This document shows, piece by piece, positions 62,755 to 64,000 of a stretch of 64,000 nt of DNA. The notes under the pieces were generated by a model that was given only the letters and a program-made list of their open reading frames with translations, was not told where the DNA came from and did not search any database. Both the position numbers and the translations under genes were made by a program. Numbering within the stretch: the first letter of the stretch is position 1; every line of letters starts with the position of its first letter. Where the stretch lies: the NCBI RefSeq assembly GCF_001194135.2, contig NC_068982.1, forward strand, positions 171,649,379 to 171,713,378, read 5' to 3'. Source of the DNA: Octopus bimaculoides (Eukaryota).

Positions 62755-63040
62755 GTGGCTTTCAATTCGTCATTATCCACTTTTGTTTCTGGTCGACCGC
62801 GATATGCGAGACGAAATACCCAGCATCAAGTGGACTGTTGTCGAAAGAGCGACACCATATTCACCCGGCGTCTCCAGCTGCCAGCTCTGCCTCCACGAAA
62901 AATTGCATATCCTCCAACAACCCACAATATCCATCAACAAAAGATACGATTTATCGTATTGTTGCCACCAGAGATATGCCCATCAAACAAATTTCTGCAC
63001 CGCCTGCAACAAGGTCATAGCTAGCAAACAACCCGATGAG
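62755..63040 (+). mobile_element. Penelope-like element, C-terminal part of the GIY-YIG endonuclease
   Basis: NSSLSTFV (shift) RDEIPSIKWTVVERATPYSPGVSSCQLCLHEKLHIL..INKRYDLSYCCHQR matches the PLE pattern IKW.I...A.PY....CxLCLxEK..I....NKR.E....C.H. Confidence 0.8.
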
Positions 63041-64000
63041 TAGAACCACCATTTACCAATCCCTAGCGTTTATCAACCTCTAATGCATACCAATGCCCAA
63101 CGCTTAGCAGTTTCCAGCGCTTACTATTTCCCAGCGCTTGTTTTATGCGTGTTTACTGGAGCGCGCATGCGTGTGTGGATGCACGCTAGTATGCATTCGT
63201 ACATGCATGCGAATATACATTTGTAAATGTGAATATACATTTGTAAATATGAATACTCACGTGTGTGTGTGTCTGTATGTATATGCATGTGTGCCTGTAT
63301 GTGTATGCATGTGTGCATATGGGTGTGTATGTGTGCTGTGTGTGCGGGCATGTTCGCCCAAGCGCGCGCGCGTATGCAAAGACGTGTGCGTACGCGCCCA
63401 TGTACAGATGCGCACGCTCGCATCAATATACCCATGCACGCAAGACTATATGAGCATATCTATACACCCACATATGGGACTATATACTTGCACATGCCGC
63501 TACTTCATACTTCTACACGCAATAACCCCACCGATTTCTAATCGCCATGTTGTTTATTTCCTGTCATCCACGTGGTCAATTTCCTGTTCGCTCAGCGATA
63601 TTTTCCAATTAACTGTTACCTATATACCAACATCAGACCACGACACTGCGTGACCTTCTTCGGCCAATTGCAGCCCACCTCACGGTAATAACAATCAACT
63701 TCTGCCATTCAAATTCAAAATGGTTGACGACTAACATTACGCTTGAATCTCAAGAGTACCAACGAACTTGAATCAAACTGTTTTCATCCACACATGTAAC
63801 TCCCAATAAATTGGTTGTGTACCCTTCTTTCGTTTGTCCACTCACTCGTATATATATATATATATACATTATATTATAAATTAACTACCAACAATAATTG
63901 GTAAGCTAACTTAAAAAATCATCACCAAAATAGCAGAAAAAACGACAGTGAAGATATGCAGACTCTTCAAGAATCGATCCTTTTGGTAATATTAATAATA

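Noticed and set aside
1-64000. Prokaryotic-type systems (CRISPR arrays, operons, defence islands) and rRNA genes
   Set aside because: None were seen. The sequence is a eukaryotic repeat-rich region with no dense coding content.

Overview
Eukaryotic, AT-rich, repeat-saturated draft-assembly window with about 18 N-gaps (roughly 6.9 kb), most of them abutting microsatellites. The repeat landscape is what I associate with an octopus (coleoid cephalopod) genome; this is inference from recalled SINE/LINE sequences, not a database result. I cannot confidently identify any host protein-coding gene. Almost all supplied ORFs are artefacts of N-runs or simple repeats. The recognisable coding remnants are transposon-derived: R4/Dong-type restriction-like-endonuclease (RLE) LINE fragments (4.8-5.5 kb, 33.0-34.6 kb, 59.5-59.7 kb), a hAT transposase C-terminus (58.2-58.5 kb), a mariner transposase (61.9-62.7 kb) and a Penelope GIY-YIG C-terminus (62.75-63.04 kb). 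At least four tRNA-derived SINE families recur. The most interesting object is a ~2.5 kb minus-strand retro-insertion at 19724-22191. It is bounded by a perfect 15-bp target-site duplication inside a SINE head, has a modular duplicated 5' UTR, and carries only a gag-like ORF1 with no ORF2, so it looks like a HAL1-like ORF1-only element. Its CCHC zinc knuckle is hidden between two compensating frameshifts. Other notable signals are a recurrent insertion or break point at the SINE A-box, several minimal hammerhead-ribozyme-like motifs, and LINEs sitting in (TAA)n versus (CATA)n microsatellites.
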